A stretch of DNA of 64,000 bases from an uncultured Dehalococcoidia bacterium (GCA_964599885.1 CAZRHH010000010.1:2507-66506), one strand, 5' to 3'. Shown: positions 32,221-42,577, counted from the first letter of the stretch. The notes: generated by a model not told the origin, from the letters alone. Made by a program: numbers and translations.

Positions 32221-33156
32221 ATGGAAACCAGATTCATCGAACAGCCCAATGACGAAGTCTCCGGCTGGGATCGTGCCCTGTACGCATTCCTTGCCGAGAA
32301 GGAGCGCCGCACCGGCTCGAAGCGCACCGTCGAAGGCTACGCGCGCATGCTGCGTCACTTCTTCTCTGGCGCCGGCAAGCCGCCCGACCGCATCACGAGC
32401 CAGGACGCGTTCACCTGGGCGTACGGCGCCGGCCTCTCTGGCAAGCAGCCGTCGCAGGTGACGATCGGCGCGCGGCTCGCGTGCCTCAGCAGCTTCTACC
32501 GCTTTCTGCTCCGCATGGGCGCGACGACGTCCAACCCCTGCGACGCGCTCGAACGCCCGAAGGTGCAACCCTCACCGCCGCGCGGCCTGACCGCCGACAA
32601 TATTCGCTGGCTGCTTTCGGCGATTCCTGTTACGCCGGTCGGGCTTCGCGACCGCGCGATCGTCCTCACACTCACACTGACCGGGAGACGACGTGCAGAG
32701 GTGCTCAACTTGAAGGCGGACGACGTGACGATCGAAGATGGCCGCGTCTGGTATCGCTACCGTGGCAAGGGCGGCAAGAACGGCAAGCGCGAACTGCCAC
32801 AACCGGCCTACGACGCCACCGTGTTCGCCCTGGCGGCGTTCGGCTGGGATATCGCGGCCATGCCGCCGGATGCGTCACTATGGCCGGCACGCCGCGGCGA
32901 CACGCGCGGGATCACCAGCGGCACGTTTTACGGCAACCTACAGCGTTACTTTCGACTTGCAGGTCTGCCGCAGGCAGGCGTACACATCTTCCGCCACTCG
33001 GCCGCGAAGTTACGCCGCGACGCAGGCGAGAGCATCGAGGATGTGTCGCGCTTCCTCGACCACTCCTCGCTCGCAGTGACGACGATCTACTTGCGGCGTC
33101 TCGAAGGCGAGTCTGATAGCGGCTGGGCTAAGGTCGCGGAAGCGATCGGCGAGTAG
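32221..33156 (+). CDS. Tyrosine recombinase/integrase (XerC/D-like), intact
   Basis: SKRTVEGY (core-binding); LTGRRRAE (R), GKGGK (K), HIFRH, LDHSS, TTIY; GAAGGAGG RBS. Confidence 0.93.
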   Translation: METRFIEQPNDEVSGWDRALYAFLAEKERRTGSKRTVEGYARMLRHFFSGAGKPPDRITSQDAFTWAYGAGLSGKQPSQVTIGARLACLSSFYRFLLRMGATTSNPCDALERPKVQPSPPRGLTADNIRWLLSAIPVTPVGLRDRAIVLTLTLTGRRRAEVLNLKADDVTIEDGRVWYRYRGKGGKNGKRELPQPAYDATVFALAAFGWDIAAMPPDASLWPARRGDTRGITSGTFYGNLQRYFRLAGLPQAGVHIFRHSAAKLRRDAGESIEDVSRFLDHSSLAVTTIYLRRLEGESDSGWAKVAEAIGE

Positions 33157-33256
33157 CAAGGAGGGCGCACCAACGCCGCCCTCCACTTAACGCTTCGGCC
33201 AGAGTCCCTTTTGCGGCCGAGTTCATCCCGTGCCGAACGTTCATCGGCGGCGCCGC

Positions 33257-34321
33257 CTATTCGGCGCGCTCCGAGTGAATGCGCAAGCCGAAGGTCAACG
33301 CCAGGCCGCCGACAGCCGTGGTGACCAGCGCAAGTAGCACGTTGGAATCCCCGCCCTGAGAGGGACCTCCACCCGCACTGGGCAGATCAGGAACGCGCGG
33401 CGGTGCGGTGAATGCCGGCGGCATCCCTTGGTCGGTGGGCGGCTGGATCGGTGATGCGGGCGGCGCTCCGGGTGGCCCACCGACCGGCGTGGGAGAGGAC
33501 GCAGCCGAAGGCGGACTGGTGGGCGTGCCCGCCGGCGCGGTTGCGGTGGCATCCGGCGGCGACGCGGTGGGAGTGGAGGTCGGCGCCGTGGTGGGCGTCG
33601 CGCTGGGTACGCCAGCGGCGCAACTCGAACTGGTGATCGTGTTGGTGTCCATCGTCACGGCGGCGTTTTGCGCCAGCGCCCTGCCGAACAGGATGGTGCC
33701 TGACTGCAGGCTGATGCTCTGGTCGGCGATGATGTTCCCCACGAATGTTGTGTTCGTAAAGAGCACCGCCGAGCTGCCAATCTGCCAGAAGACATTACAC
33801 GGCTGGGCGCCGATCAAGGCAACAGTGGCGCCAACCGCTGTCGTCAGCGTGCTCACCGTCTTAAAGATGAACACTCCATCGCCGTTGAGCGTCAGCGTTC
33901 CAGTCAGGAGCGCCGACGACGAGAAGCAATAGACGCCAGGCGGGAGAATGAGGTCACCCAGTTCCACATCGCTACCCGTGAACGACTGCGTACACGACTC
34001 GGCCGTGAGCGCAGTGTTGGCGGCAGTGACATCCGTCTGGGCCTGAAGCGCAATCGCATCACCCGCGTGGGATGCTCCCCCGTTCGTGAGCGTGATCGTT
34101 CCCAGATCCGTGATCGCCGAACCTGGGCTCACGCCAATGTTCCCGTTCATGGAAGTCGCGCCGGTGTTGGTGACCGTACTGGCACCGAGGACGGCGAAAC
34201 TTGTCGCCGTTCCTAGGGATGGTGCGGTCGCCGCGACGGCCGGGCTGGCGTTCGAGCAGAGCAACGCTGCGGCGGCCAATCCCGCAACGACCGCGAGTTT
34301 GTTGCAGTGAAGTAGGTTCAT
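33257..34321 (-). CDS. Ice-binding protein (DUF3494) with signal peptide, PT-rich linker and LPxTG-like anchor
   Basis: LGTATSFAVLGASTVTNTG; GNIGVSPGSAIT; PGVYCFSSSA; NVFWQIGSSA; GRALAQNAAVTMDTN; LPSAG + TM helix + basic tail. Confidence 0.9.
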   Translation of the reverse strand: MNLLHCNKLAVVAGLAAAALLCSNASPAVAATAPSLGTATSFAVLGASTVTNTGATSMNGNIGVSPGSAITDLGTITLTNGGASHAGDAIALQAQTDVTAANTALTAESCTQSFTGSDVELGDLILPPGVYCFSSSALLTGTLTLNGDGVFIFKTVSTLTTAVGATVALIGAQPCNVFWQIGSSAVLFTNTTFVGNIIADQSISLQSGTILFGRALAQNAAVTMDTNTITSSSCAAGVPSATPTTAPTSTPTASPPDATATAPAGTPTSPPSAASSPTPVGGPPGAPPASPIQPPTDQGMPPAFTAPPRVPDLPSAGGGPSQGGDSNVLLALVTTAVGGLALTFGLRIHSERAE

Positions 34322-34633
34322 GTGGGTTTCCTCATCAAAAGTGCCGGGCGGTGCACGCATCCTGCAATCGTTTTGCAGTGCCTCGCCCTATCTCGAGCGA
34401 TCTTCATGACCCGAGATGCGGCCAGACGCGATGCAAGGGGGATAGCCGTCTGGTCGCGTTCTCCGGCCACTCGGTGCCGTTCGCGAGACTCTTGATGTGA
34501 TCATCGTCGGCGCCGCTCGCACGACCAGCACTGGCGCAGGGTCTCAAAGGGGTACGATGGCGTCACAAGTGCGTGTCGTTCCGCGGCGCCCCGGCCACCA
34601 CCCTCAGCACCCAACCTGCGGAGTGTTTGCGCC

Positions 34634-34854
34634 TACAGTCTGCAGCGCTATTCCGCCTTGAGTACGGCGAGGCGGGCGTGCACATCTTCCGCCATTCCGC
34701 AGCCTAGCTAAGGTGCGACGCGGGCGAGAGCATTGAGGAAGGGTCACGGTCCCTCGATCATTCATCGCTGGCCGTCACCACCATTTATCTGCGGCGGCTC
34801 GAAGGAGAGTCTGACGGCGGTTGGGCGAAGGTCGCCGAAGCGATCGGCGCATGA
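34634..34854 (+). pseudogene. Degenerate copy of the 3' end of the 32221-33156 recombinase
   Basis: Encodes AGVHIFRHSAA*..DAGESIE..SLDHSSLAVTTIYLRRLEGESDGGWAKVAEAIGA with an in-frame TAG; collinear with ~32930-33156. Confidence 0.88.
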
Positions 34855-34975
34855 AGCCGCCTTTGACTCCATTGCTCTGAGCCCATCGCCGACACCTTTC
34901 ATCCTCCGGGTTGGCTCGCTATTGAATACTCGCAGTTGCGGGTGTACGATCGCGGCCACCTTGAAGGGGGAGCCA

Positions 34976-35671
34976 ATGTTGAAAGTCATCGTCGCTGGGA
35001 TCGCGCTGCCGCTCGCGCTCGCGGCGGCTCCACAGGTCGACGCAACACATCCGACTTGCACGGTCGATCGCGTTGTCGACGGCGACACGTTCGATTGCAC
35101 CGACGGTACCCGCGTCCGCATGCTGCAGATCGACACGGTCGAGCGCGGTGAATGCGGATATGAGTGGGCGACCGCGGCGCTCGCCAACATCTTCCTGCCC
35201 GCCGGCAAGCAGGTGCGACTCGACTATGACGCCGTGTACGTCGACCGCTATGACCGTCATCTTGCGGCGCCGATCGTCATCGGGACGGATGGCAACGAGT
35301 ACAACATCTCTATCGTCATGGTGTACGTCGGCCTCGCGAGAGCCGCGTATTACGGCGACAACGCGAAGTACCTGGACTGGGCGAATGCATCGCAAACATG
35401 GGCGCAGAACGCGCAATGGAACATGTGGGCGCCCGGCGGGCCGTACAACGGGGGCGCCAACTGCGGCGGCTCCGCACCACCACCGGCGCCGCCCCTGCCT
35501 GTTGTGCCGCCTGCAGGTGGGAACTGCGACCCTTCGTATCCTGACGTGTGCATTCCGTCGCCGCCGCCCGATCTCGACTGCGGTGACATTTCACACAAAC
35601 GGTTCCGCGTGGTTGGTTCGGATCCGCATCGGTTCGATGGAGACCACGACGGCATCGGCTGTGAGAGTTGA
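34976..35671 (+). CDS. Secreted thermonuclease (SNase) with C-terminal Excalibur-like Ca-binding domain
   Basis: Signal peptide; RVVDGDT, VRMLQIDT, DRYDR; CDPSYPDVCIP..DLDC..FDGDHDGIGCE. Confidence 0.88.
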   Translation: MLKVIVAGIALPLALAAAPQVDATHPTCTVDRVVDGDTFDCTDGTRVRMLQIDTVERGECGYEWATAALANIFLPAGKQVRLDYDAVYVDRYDRHLAAPIVIGTDGNEYNISIVMVYVGLARAAYYGDNAKYLDWANASQTWAQNAQWNMWAPGGPYNGGANCGGSAPPPAPPLPVVPPAGGNCDPSYPDVCIPSPPPDLDCGDISHKRFRVVGSDPHRFDGDHDGIGCES

Positions 35672-35712
35672 TACGACCTCGGGCTTGGTGATCGGAATAC
35701 GCAAGGCGGCCG

Positions 35713-35967
35713 ATGCCTCGGTATGAATTCCAAGTCAAAGGCATGCTCTCGTGGCGCACGCTGCGACGCGGGGAAGCGGTCGAGTTCCAGCACATTGTCT
35801 GGGCTAAGTTCCAGGCCGCCACCAAGGACTATGTGTGCAAGAAGTGCTCGTCGTTCATCGCTAGAGGGCGACCGTACTGTCGGATCAGCCGCGGCACTCG
35901 TGGCCCGGCGGAGACGCGATGCATCTCATGCTCACCGATCAGTGTCCGGGTCGTCGAGATCGTCTGA
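35713..35967 (+). CDS. Small Zn-ribbon hypothetical protein
   Basis: 84 aa with CKKC...C...CISC. Confidence 0.4.
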   Translation: MPRYEFQVKGMLSWRTLRRGEAVEFQHIVWAKFQAATKDYVCKKCSSFIARGRPYCRISRGTRGPAETRCISCSPISVRVVEIV

Positions 35968-36151
35968 CTCCAGACGACCACTGCACTATGTGGCGATCGT
36001 GCGTAGCTCCGCACAGCGGTGCGTGACCATGTTGGTCGCCACTCTGTGCCACAAGCCTCTTGACAACTCGCTGACGCAGTAGTATCTTCGCCACACATCC
36101 CCGCAAGGACTCACGGATTGAGCGAGACCGACTTCGCACGGAGGCGTTGCT

Positions 36152-39100
36152 GTGTACATTTTTCGCTGGCTCGTCCTCTGGTCCGTAGTCGGAATCGCCA
36201 TCGCATCTCCGGCCTGGTTCGACCGGGACCAACCGGGCCTAGTCCGGCAGATCGCGGATGTGCGAGCTGCGCTCGCGCAGGAAGTAGTCCCGACCTCGAG
36301 CCCCGCCGTCGCGCCGACGCCGACTCCAGCGGCGGCTGGGTTAGCATCGCCAACGTCGGATGTTCAGCCGGAGCCAACTCTCACGTTCACATCGACTGCC
36401 ATGGCTACCGCCACCACCCTCGCTACTGAGACCCCCACGAGCGATCTCCCCGTCGAAAGCGAAACCGGTACGGCCACGGCGACGCCGACGGCGGTTGAAA
36501 GCGTCACGCCCACGCCCACGATCGCCGCGACTCCCACGGCGATCTCGGAAGTGGTCATCGACAGCACCGGCGGCGCTCTGAGCAGCCCGGATGGGCACGC
36601 CACGCTGACGTTTCCGCCTGGGGCTACGGACGAACCGCTGCGCATTACTGTCCGTCCCGCTGATCCTCTCGACGCCGAACCACTACCGGAATCTGAACTG
36701 CTCACGCTTTGGCAGTTCGATGCAGTCGCGGTGAACAGAGGTGACGCGGCGATACACACGTTCAGCGCCGACGTCACGATCGATCTTCGATACGACCGCG
36801 ATGAACTCTTCGGCCTCAGCGAATCGGTTATCCGGTACTGGTACTTCGATGAAGCGCTCGACGCTTGGATTGAGGTGCCGACGACTCCGGTAGCGCCATA
36901 TCACTGGCAGGTGAAGGTAAACCACTTCAGCGCCGCTGCCGCGAGCAGCGATGGTGCAATCGTTGTTCCGCCCATTCTCGAGTCGGCGCAGGTAGATTTG
37001 AATGCGGGAGCCGCCGTCTTCAGCTATCCCCTCCTGCCGTCCCCGGGCGTGGCGGGACTAGAGCCGTCGCTGAACCTCAATTACAGTTCGGCCCGCGTCG
37101 ACGATACGGACCAGAAAGTCGTAGCGCCGTGGACTGGTATTGGCTGGGATCTGGCAATGCCCTCGATCACTCGATCCGGCGAGCGCTTCTTCCTCAACTT
37201 GGGAGGTGTGGGCAGCGAGATCGTCAAGACGGGCGTTGCGACCGAATGGGTTACGCGCAACCAACAGTTCATGCGCATCACACACAGTTCCGCTTGCGAC
37301 GATGGAGGTTGGAGCCAATCGAGCTCCGTGGCGTTTGTTGCCGACACCTATCAATGCGCTTGGACTGTTAAAGACCAGTCAGGTCGGACATACGCGTTTG
37401 GCGGTGATGCTCAGAGCCGTCGGTACTATGGCTCGCTGCAGAATTTCGCATTCAGCGGCTTCAGGCACTACCAGTGGGATCTTTCATCCGTCACCGACGT
37501 CCACGGGAATGCCGCGATTTACAAGTACAACCAGGTACGGGGCCGTTCGCAGATGTCATGGCCGGATATCTTTCCCGAGAGCTGGATGTCATGGGTCATC
37601 TCGTCGTATCCAACGGAAGTCTTGTACCCAGGCGGGAAGGTCATCTTCACGCTGGAGGACGGCCTGATTGATTACAGTTCAACTTCATCGAGCTATTTGG
37701 CGGACGATGGAACCACCCTGCAGGTCCGTGCCGATGTAGCCCCGTGCATCTCTGGCAACTTTCAATTCGTCTTTGAAACACGTGCATTGGCGAAAGTCGA
37801 GATGCAAAGCTGGGACGCGGCGGGACTCTTTCACAGCCGCGCCTACGAGTTCGATGTCGATTCTTCGTCGTCTCCGCGTTGCGAGGACGCAACTAGGCTG
37901 GACTCGGTCAAACTGGCGGGCCGCGACGGCGGGTTCATGCCAGCGTCGAGTTTCGCGTACACCGATTACACCACCTGCAGTGGTGTGTCGACCCGGACGC
38001 GTGCTCGTCTGAGCACCATCCTGAACGGGTTTGGCGGGAGCGTGGTGTTCGCACCGTACATCAAGAAGACCTCGACCTCCTGCGCGAGGGACAGGTTCGT
38101 CCCCCAGCGGCGCACCGTGAAGGCGGGTACCTACTGGTCACCGTACAGTCCGGACGTCGTCACGGACTATGACTTCCAAGGTGGGCCGACCTGGGGGCCG
38201 GACGGATACCGTGGGTTCAGCAACGTCACGGAGACAGACGCAGTCGGCAACCGCAACGTGCATACGTTCGTCGTGTGGGGCGAACTGGCGGGACGCGAGC
38301 TAAGGGTTGAGCGATATGGAACCGAATCGCCCACCAATCTGCTTTGGCAACGCGTCGAAAACGCGTACGAATCGACGGCCGCCAACTTCATTGACGTCTT
38401 TGGCACACCGACGGCGAACGCGTTCCACAACAAGCTCACGAGCACGACCACGACGACGAAGGACGGGAACAGGAGCCGCGTCGCCTATGCTTACGACCCA
38501 ACGCACGGCGGCATCACGAGTGTCACTGAAGACGCGAGTGTCGATTTTCCCTACACGGATAGCTGCCGCAAGCGTACGACGTCCTACTATCCCACCCCGA
38601 GCGACGTGCTCCTCATCGTTCCGCAGGCAAAGCAGGTTTTAACGACGTGCGCCGCAAGTCCGGGGATCGCCGCCGAAACACGCTTTTTCTACGACGGTAC
38701 GTCCGGTGGGCCGCGGACTGCGAGCAACGGGGGCCGGGGGAATCTCACGGCGACGCGATCGTTGGTCGATCCTAGCCTCGCGGAAAGTAACGTCGAAAAA
38801 TACGTCTGGACGCTCCAGAGCTACAGCACCACGGGGTTGCTCAAGGAGCTGTCAGTACCGGCGTACGACAATTCGACGTTGCCCCTCCCGGCTGGCGCGG
38901 GCGGCGCCGTTTGGAGCAACAAGGGTCGAACGGTCTACACATACGACGCCGGCTCGGTTTCCGGTGGCAACGCAGGACACGGCCGGTTCGTCTCGTCCGA
39001 AACAACGTACGCCTACGATCCCAGCGGATTGCCCGCGTACATCCCGGCGTTCACAACGAACTTGACCTACGACCGTCGACTTGGCACCGCTACGTCGGTT

Positions 39101-42100
39101 ACCGAGCCGAACGGCCTCACATCCACAACAGAATACGACGAATTTGGTCGCACGGTGAAACGCTACCAAACTCCGGATACCTCGACGTTCCCGACAACCG
39201 AGTTCGAGTACGACTGGTCTGGCGCCGGTTCCGGAGGAGGAACGAACAGCACGACGGTAAAGCACCGCATGATCCAGGGATCATCAACGACTGTAGACGA
39301 GAAGGTGTGTACGGACGGACTCGGACGCGCGAGTCAAACGATCACCCCGTTGGGGTCGTCGCTGCCGAGCGTCTACGAAACTGTACGCTATGACGCGCGT
39401 GGGCTGCCGTGGGCCTCGGGGCCCGCCACTGACTACAATTTCGACTGCACATCCCCCCTGTCCGCAATGACGTCGCCAACCACCCTGCGCGAGTACGACG
39501 CATCCAATCAGATCGAGAAGACCACGTTCGCAGGAAGTTCGTCCGTCACATCGTGTGCCCCATCCTGTACGAAGGTCGTGCGAGACGGTCTTTGGACGAC
39601 GGCGTACGACGAGCTCGGACACAAGACGCTAACGACGCGCGATGGCTTCGGGCAGCCGTACATCATCTACGAGTACTTCGGCACAGGGACGCCGCAAGAC
39701 CCGCATTCAGCGGTCGTTGCAACAACCTACGACTACGATGTTCTGGGCAATGTAACCAAAGTCACGGACGGACTGGGAAATTCCACCGTGATGACCTACG
39801 ACGCGCTCTCCCGGAGGAAGACCCTGGACGACCCGGACATGTCCGGCGGCGGGAAGGCGTGGAAGTACAAATACGATGCCGCGGGCAATCTCGTCCAACA
39901 GGAGGACGCACGATCCAGTTCCATCAATCCAGATGATCGCGTTCGGACGACGCTGTCATATGACTCATTGAATCGAATCCGCACCAAGTCCTATTCAGTG
40001 CCTACGGGGGCGGGCGGCCTTACATGCCCCGCCGCAGCATGCGTCCCGAACCCTGGCGCCATCGAGTACTTCTACGACCGGTATATCATCGCAAGTCAAA
40101 ACAGGTGCTTTGGATACGCGGCGAATACAGCGATCGGGAAACTCACGAGAATGACCGACGGCAGCGGCCAGACCCGTTGGTGCTATGACATTCGGGGGCG
40201 CGAAACTCGCTCTCACTACACCGTAAACCATCCGGAGTGTTTGACCGGCCACATTGCGACGACGAAGTACATCCACCATTCATACGACTCAGGGAACCGA
40301 GTGCAGACCCTCATGTATCCGGACGGCGAAAGCTTGACCTACACCTACGATGACGGGGCGGACGGGAGCGGTAGGCTGAAGGGTATTCAGAGCAGCCTCG
40401 GCGTGAGCTACGCTGACAATATCTCGTATCACGCAAGCGGCGGTCCGTCGGCACTACCACTCGGAAACGGATACACCACGAATTACTCGTACGATTCCCG
40501 TCACCGGCTCAGCGGAATCACTACCGGAAACGGCACGACGACTGTGCAGGACCTCGACTACGAGTACTACGAGGACGGTAACATCGCGCGGTTGAACGAT
40601 GTTGGCGTCGAGGACGCCTGGTTCAAGTACGATTCGCTCTCGCGCCTCACCGAAATGCGCAAGGACAGCCTGTCCGGTCAGCTGCTTGCTTCCTACCAGT
40701 ACAGCTCTGGCGCCGACGACGACCGCCGCGCATTAGTGAGCAAGCAGGAGGGGGCAAACGTCGTCGCGCTAACGTATGGTGACGCGAACCATGTTCACGC
40801 TCCCTCGTCCGCGAACGGACAGTTGATCGGGTACGACGCGAACGGAAATATCTCTGTCCGAACCGGCAACGAACAGTTCCTCTTCGATGCGGCGAATCGT
40901 CTGACACGCATGGCCCATGTCACGGGCTGGCCGAATTTTAGGCTCCAAACCGACTACACCCACGATGGTCAAGGACGTGTCACACGCCAACGCGTTACGT
41001 CACCGTCCCTCCCAAACATCGATAGCAAGAAAACGTCGATCGGTGGAATCTATGAGGAACAAAATACCGCTTGCGATGCGCCGCTCGACAGTCAGAAATA
41101 CTACTACGCCCTGGGGCGGCTAATCGGTTGGCGCTACACGTCAAACGGCGCCTCAACCCTGCAGTATCTCCTTACCGATCACCTCGACAGCACGGTCGGT
41201 CGCATCGATAGCACGAGTGGCGCCTTCACGAAGATGAGCTACTGGCCGTTCGGTGCGTCGCGCGGGCATGGATATTTCGGGCGTGAATTCACCGGACAGC
41301 GAAACGAGAGCGGGTTCGCGATCGGCGCGTACAACTACAACGCGCGGTTCTACTCGACGACGCTCGGGACGTTCTTATCGGCTGATCCGCTCACGGTCGA
41401 TGGGCTGAATCGGTACGCTTACGTGCGGAACAATCCGCTGCGGTACAACGATCCGAGTGGACTCTGTACGGGCGGCGAGATGGTGATCTTGTGGAACTGC
41501 GCGACTGGCAAGGCGGCGGAATATAAGGCGGGCGACGTAACGCCTGTGCCACTTGGCTGCAACTCCGTCTGCGCAGCGGAAACCCAGCACAGTTATGCGA
41601 TGGCCGAAGGCATGCGCGCAGGCGCCGCATACGCGGAGCTCAAGGCGGCGATGGAGTACGGCGCCTACCGAAACGCTATGTATGCGTTGGCGTGGCCCGG
41701 ATCCCAATCCATCGCGGACGGAAACGCGATCGCGTACGCTAACAAGCCGTCTCCGGCGAAGGACGGAGGGAGCGTGGGGGACAAGTTCAAGGACTGGGGA
41801 AGCAAGGTACTTGAGGTCGAAACCCTCGTTGAGAACGTGGTTATTAGCGCAGGTTCCGAGATCCCGTACGGGCAATATTACGTGAGCTACTACGGCATGG
41901 AAGCTATCCATGACCTTCCAGCGCCTGCGCAAGCAGTCGTCCTTCCGGAAGTAAGACTCGCGCTTGTTGTCAACCAGGCAATCGGACTTGGCGTGACGGA
42001 GACGCTCGACTACTATCGCGCAGCCCGCTTCGGGCGGGATCGGCACGAAGACCGATACGCACCAATCTGGGGCAATCACACCGACGGTCAGCTGCGCGAA

Positions 42101-42181
42101 TTGGGTGTACCACTGCCGGGTTGGGAAATGTACTTTCCCGGTAGCCATGCGGACGGCTCTTATGACTTCGCCTGCTGCTAG
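36152..42181 (+). CDS. RHS/YD-repeat polymorphic toxin-like protein (signal, PT linker, ZU5-like, SpvB/TcB-like, RHS core, variable tip)
   Basis: IDSTGGALSSPDG..FPPGA, VNHFS; PSLNLNYSS..GIGWDL; YRGFSNVTETD; many YD repeats; YNARFY..GTFLSADP..NRYAYVRNNPLRYNDPSG. Confidence 0.92.
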   Translation: MYIFRWLVLWSVVGIAIASPAWFDRDQPGLVRQIADVRAALAQEVVPTSSPAVAPTPTPAAAGLASPTSDVQPEPTLTFTSTAMATATTLATETPTSDLPVESETGTATATPTAVESVTPTPTIAATPTAISEVVIDSTGGALSSPDGHATLTFPPGATDEPLRITVRPADPLDAEPLPESELLTLWQFDAVAVNRGDAAIHTFSADVTIDLRYDRDELFGLSESVIRYWYFDEALDAWIEVPTTPVAPYHWQVKVNHFSAAAASSDGAIVVPPILESAQVDLNAGAAVFSYPLLPSPGVAGLEPSLNLNYSSARVDDTDQKVVAPWTGIGWDLAMPSITRSGERFFLNLGGVGSEIVKTGVATEWVTRNQQFMRITHSSACDDGGWSQSSSVAFVADTYQCAWTVKDQSGRTYAFGGDAQSRRYYGSLQNFAFSGFRHYQWDLSSVTDVHGNAAIYKYNQVRGRSQMSWPDIFPESWMSWVISSYPTEVLYPGGKVIFTLEDGLIDYSSTSSSYLADDGTTLQVRADVAPCISGNFQFVFETRALAKVEMQSWDAAGLFHSRAYEFDVDSSSSPRCEDATRLDSVKLAGRDGGFMPASSFAYTDYTTCSGVSTRTRARLSTILNGFGGSVVFAPYIKKTSTSCARDRFVPQRRTVKAGTYWSPYSPDVVTDYDFQGGPTWGPDGYRGFSNVTETDAVGNRNVHTFVVWGELAGRELRVERYGTESPTNLLWQRVENAYESTAANFIDVFGTPTANAFHNKLTSTTTTTKDGNRSRVAYAYDPTHGGITSVTEDASVDFPYTDSCRKRTTSYYPTPSDVLLIVPQAKQVLTTCAASPGIAAETRFFYDGTSGGPRTASNGGRGNLTATRSLVDPSLAESNVEKYVWTLQSYSTTGLLKELSVPAYDNSTLPLPAGAGGAVWSNKGRTVYTYDAGSVSGGNAGHGRFVSSETTYAYDPSGLPAYIPAFTTNLTYDRRLGTATSVTEPNGLTSTTEYDEFGRTVKRYQTPDTSTFPTTEFEYDWSGAGSGGGTNSTTVKHRMIQGSSTTVDEKVCTDGLGRASQTITPLGSSLPSVYETVRYDARGLPWASGPATDYNFDCTSPLSAMTSPTTLREYDASNQIEKTTFAGSSSVTSCAPSCTKVVRDGLWTTAYDELGHKTLTTRDGFGQPYIIYEYFGTGTPQDPHSAVVATTYDYDVLGNVTKVTDGLGNSTVMTYDALSRRKTLDDPDMSGGGKAWKYKYDAAGNLVQQEDARSSSINPDDRVRTTLSYDSLNRIRTKSYSVPTGAGGLTCPAAACVPNPGAIEYFYDRYIIASQNRCFGYAANTAIGKLTRMTDGSGQTRWCYDIRGRETRSHYTVNHPECLTGHIATTKYIHHSYDSGNRVQTLMYPDGESLTYTYDDGADGSGRLKGIQSSLGVSYADNISYHASGGPSALPLGNGYTTNYSYDSRHRLSGITTGNGTTTVQDLDYEYYEDGNIARLNDVGVEDAWFKYDSLSRLTEMRKDSLSGQLLASYQYSSGADDDRRALVSKQEGANVVALTYGDANHVHAPSSANGQLIGYDANGNISVRTGNEQFLFDAANRLTRMAHVTGWPNFRLQTDYTHDGQGRVTRQRVTSPSLPNIDSKKTSIGGIYEEQNTACDAPLDSQKYYYALGRLIGWRYTSNGASTLQYLLTDHLDSTVGRIDSTSGAFTKMSYWPFGASRGHGYFGREFTGQRNESGFAIGAYNYNARFYSTTLGTFLSADPLTVDGLNRYAYVRNNPLRYNDPSGLCTGGEMVILWNCATGKAAEYKAGDVTPVPLGCNSVCAAETQHSYAMAEGMRAGAAYAELKAAMEYGAYRNAMYALAWPGSQSIADGNAIAYANKPSPAKDGGSVGDKFKDWGSKVLEVETLVENVVISAGSEIPYGQYYVSYYGMEAIHDLPAPAQAVVLPEVRLALVVNQAIGLGVTETLDYYRAARFGRDRHEDRYAPIWGNHTDGQLRELGVPLPGWEMYFPGSHADGSYDFACC

Positions 42182-42208
42182 CGTAAAAAACGTCGGAGAT
42201 GTGGTGCC

Positions 42209-42577
42209 ATGATGCCCGCGGCAGTGCCGAGCTTTGTAATCGTCGTGGTGCTGGCGTTGATGGCGGCGAGCTGTCGGGAGGGAAGCGTGACATCCGTACA
42301 AATCGAAAATGACACGGAGGAGATAGTAACGGTTCGTTCCTGCGGCCGCGCTCCTTGGGATTACGTGCTCGGGCGGAGCGTATGCGACGTCGTCCATCGT
42401 CCAAAGAGGATCGACCCTGGTGCAGTTCTTGATATTCGGGTGACCAACCGCATCACAACGTGGTTTGTCGTCGAGGAAGACGGGCGCCGGGTGGGATGCC
42501 TTCGTTTGAGGTTCGACGAGCACTCAGAAATGATCGAGCAGGTCGCTGTGAGCGCGTTCGTCATCTGCCCAAGCTGA
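42209..42577 (+). CDS. Small lipoprotein, candidate immunity protein of the RHS toxin
   Basis: 27 bp downstream of RHS; hydrophobic signal ending LMAASC; GGAG RBS. Confidence 0.55.
   Translation: MMPAAVPSFVIVVVLALMAASCREGSVTSVQIENDTEEIVTVRSCGRAPWDYVLGRSVCDVVHRPKRIDPGAVLDIRVTNRITTWFVVEEDGRRVGCLRLRFDEHSEMIEQVAVSAFVICPS

Noticed and set aside
28343-33156. Phase-variable hsdS shufflon driven by the adjacent tyrosine recombinase
   Set aside because: Only one hsdS with two TRDs; no silent hsdS copy or flanking inverted repeats seen.
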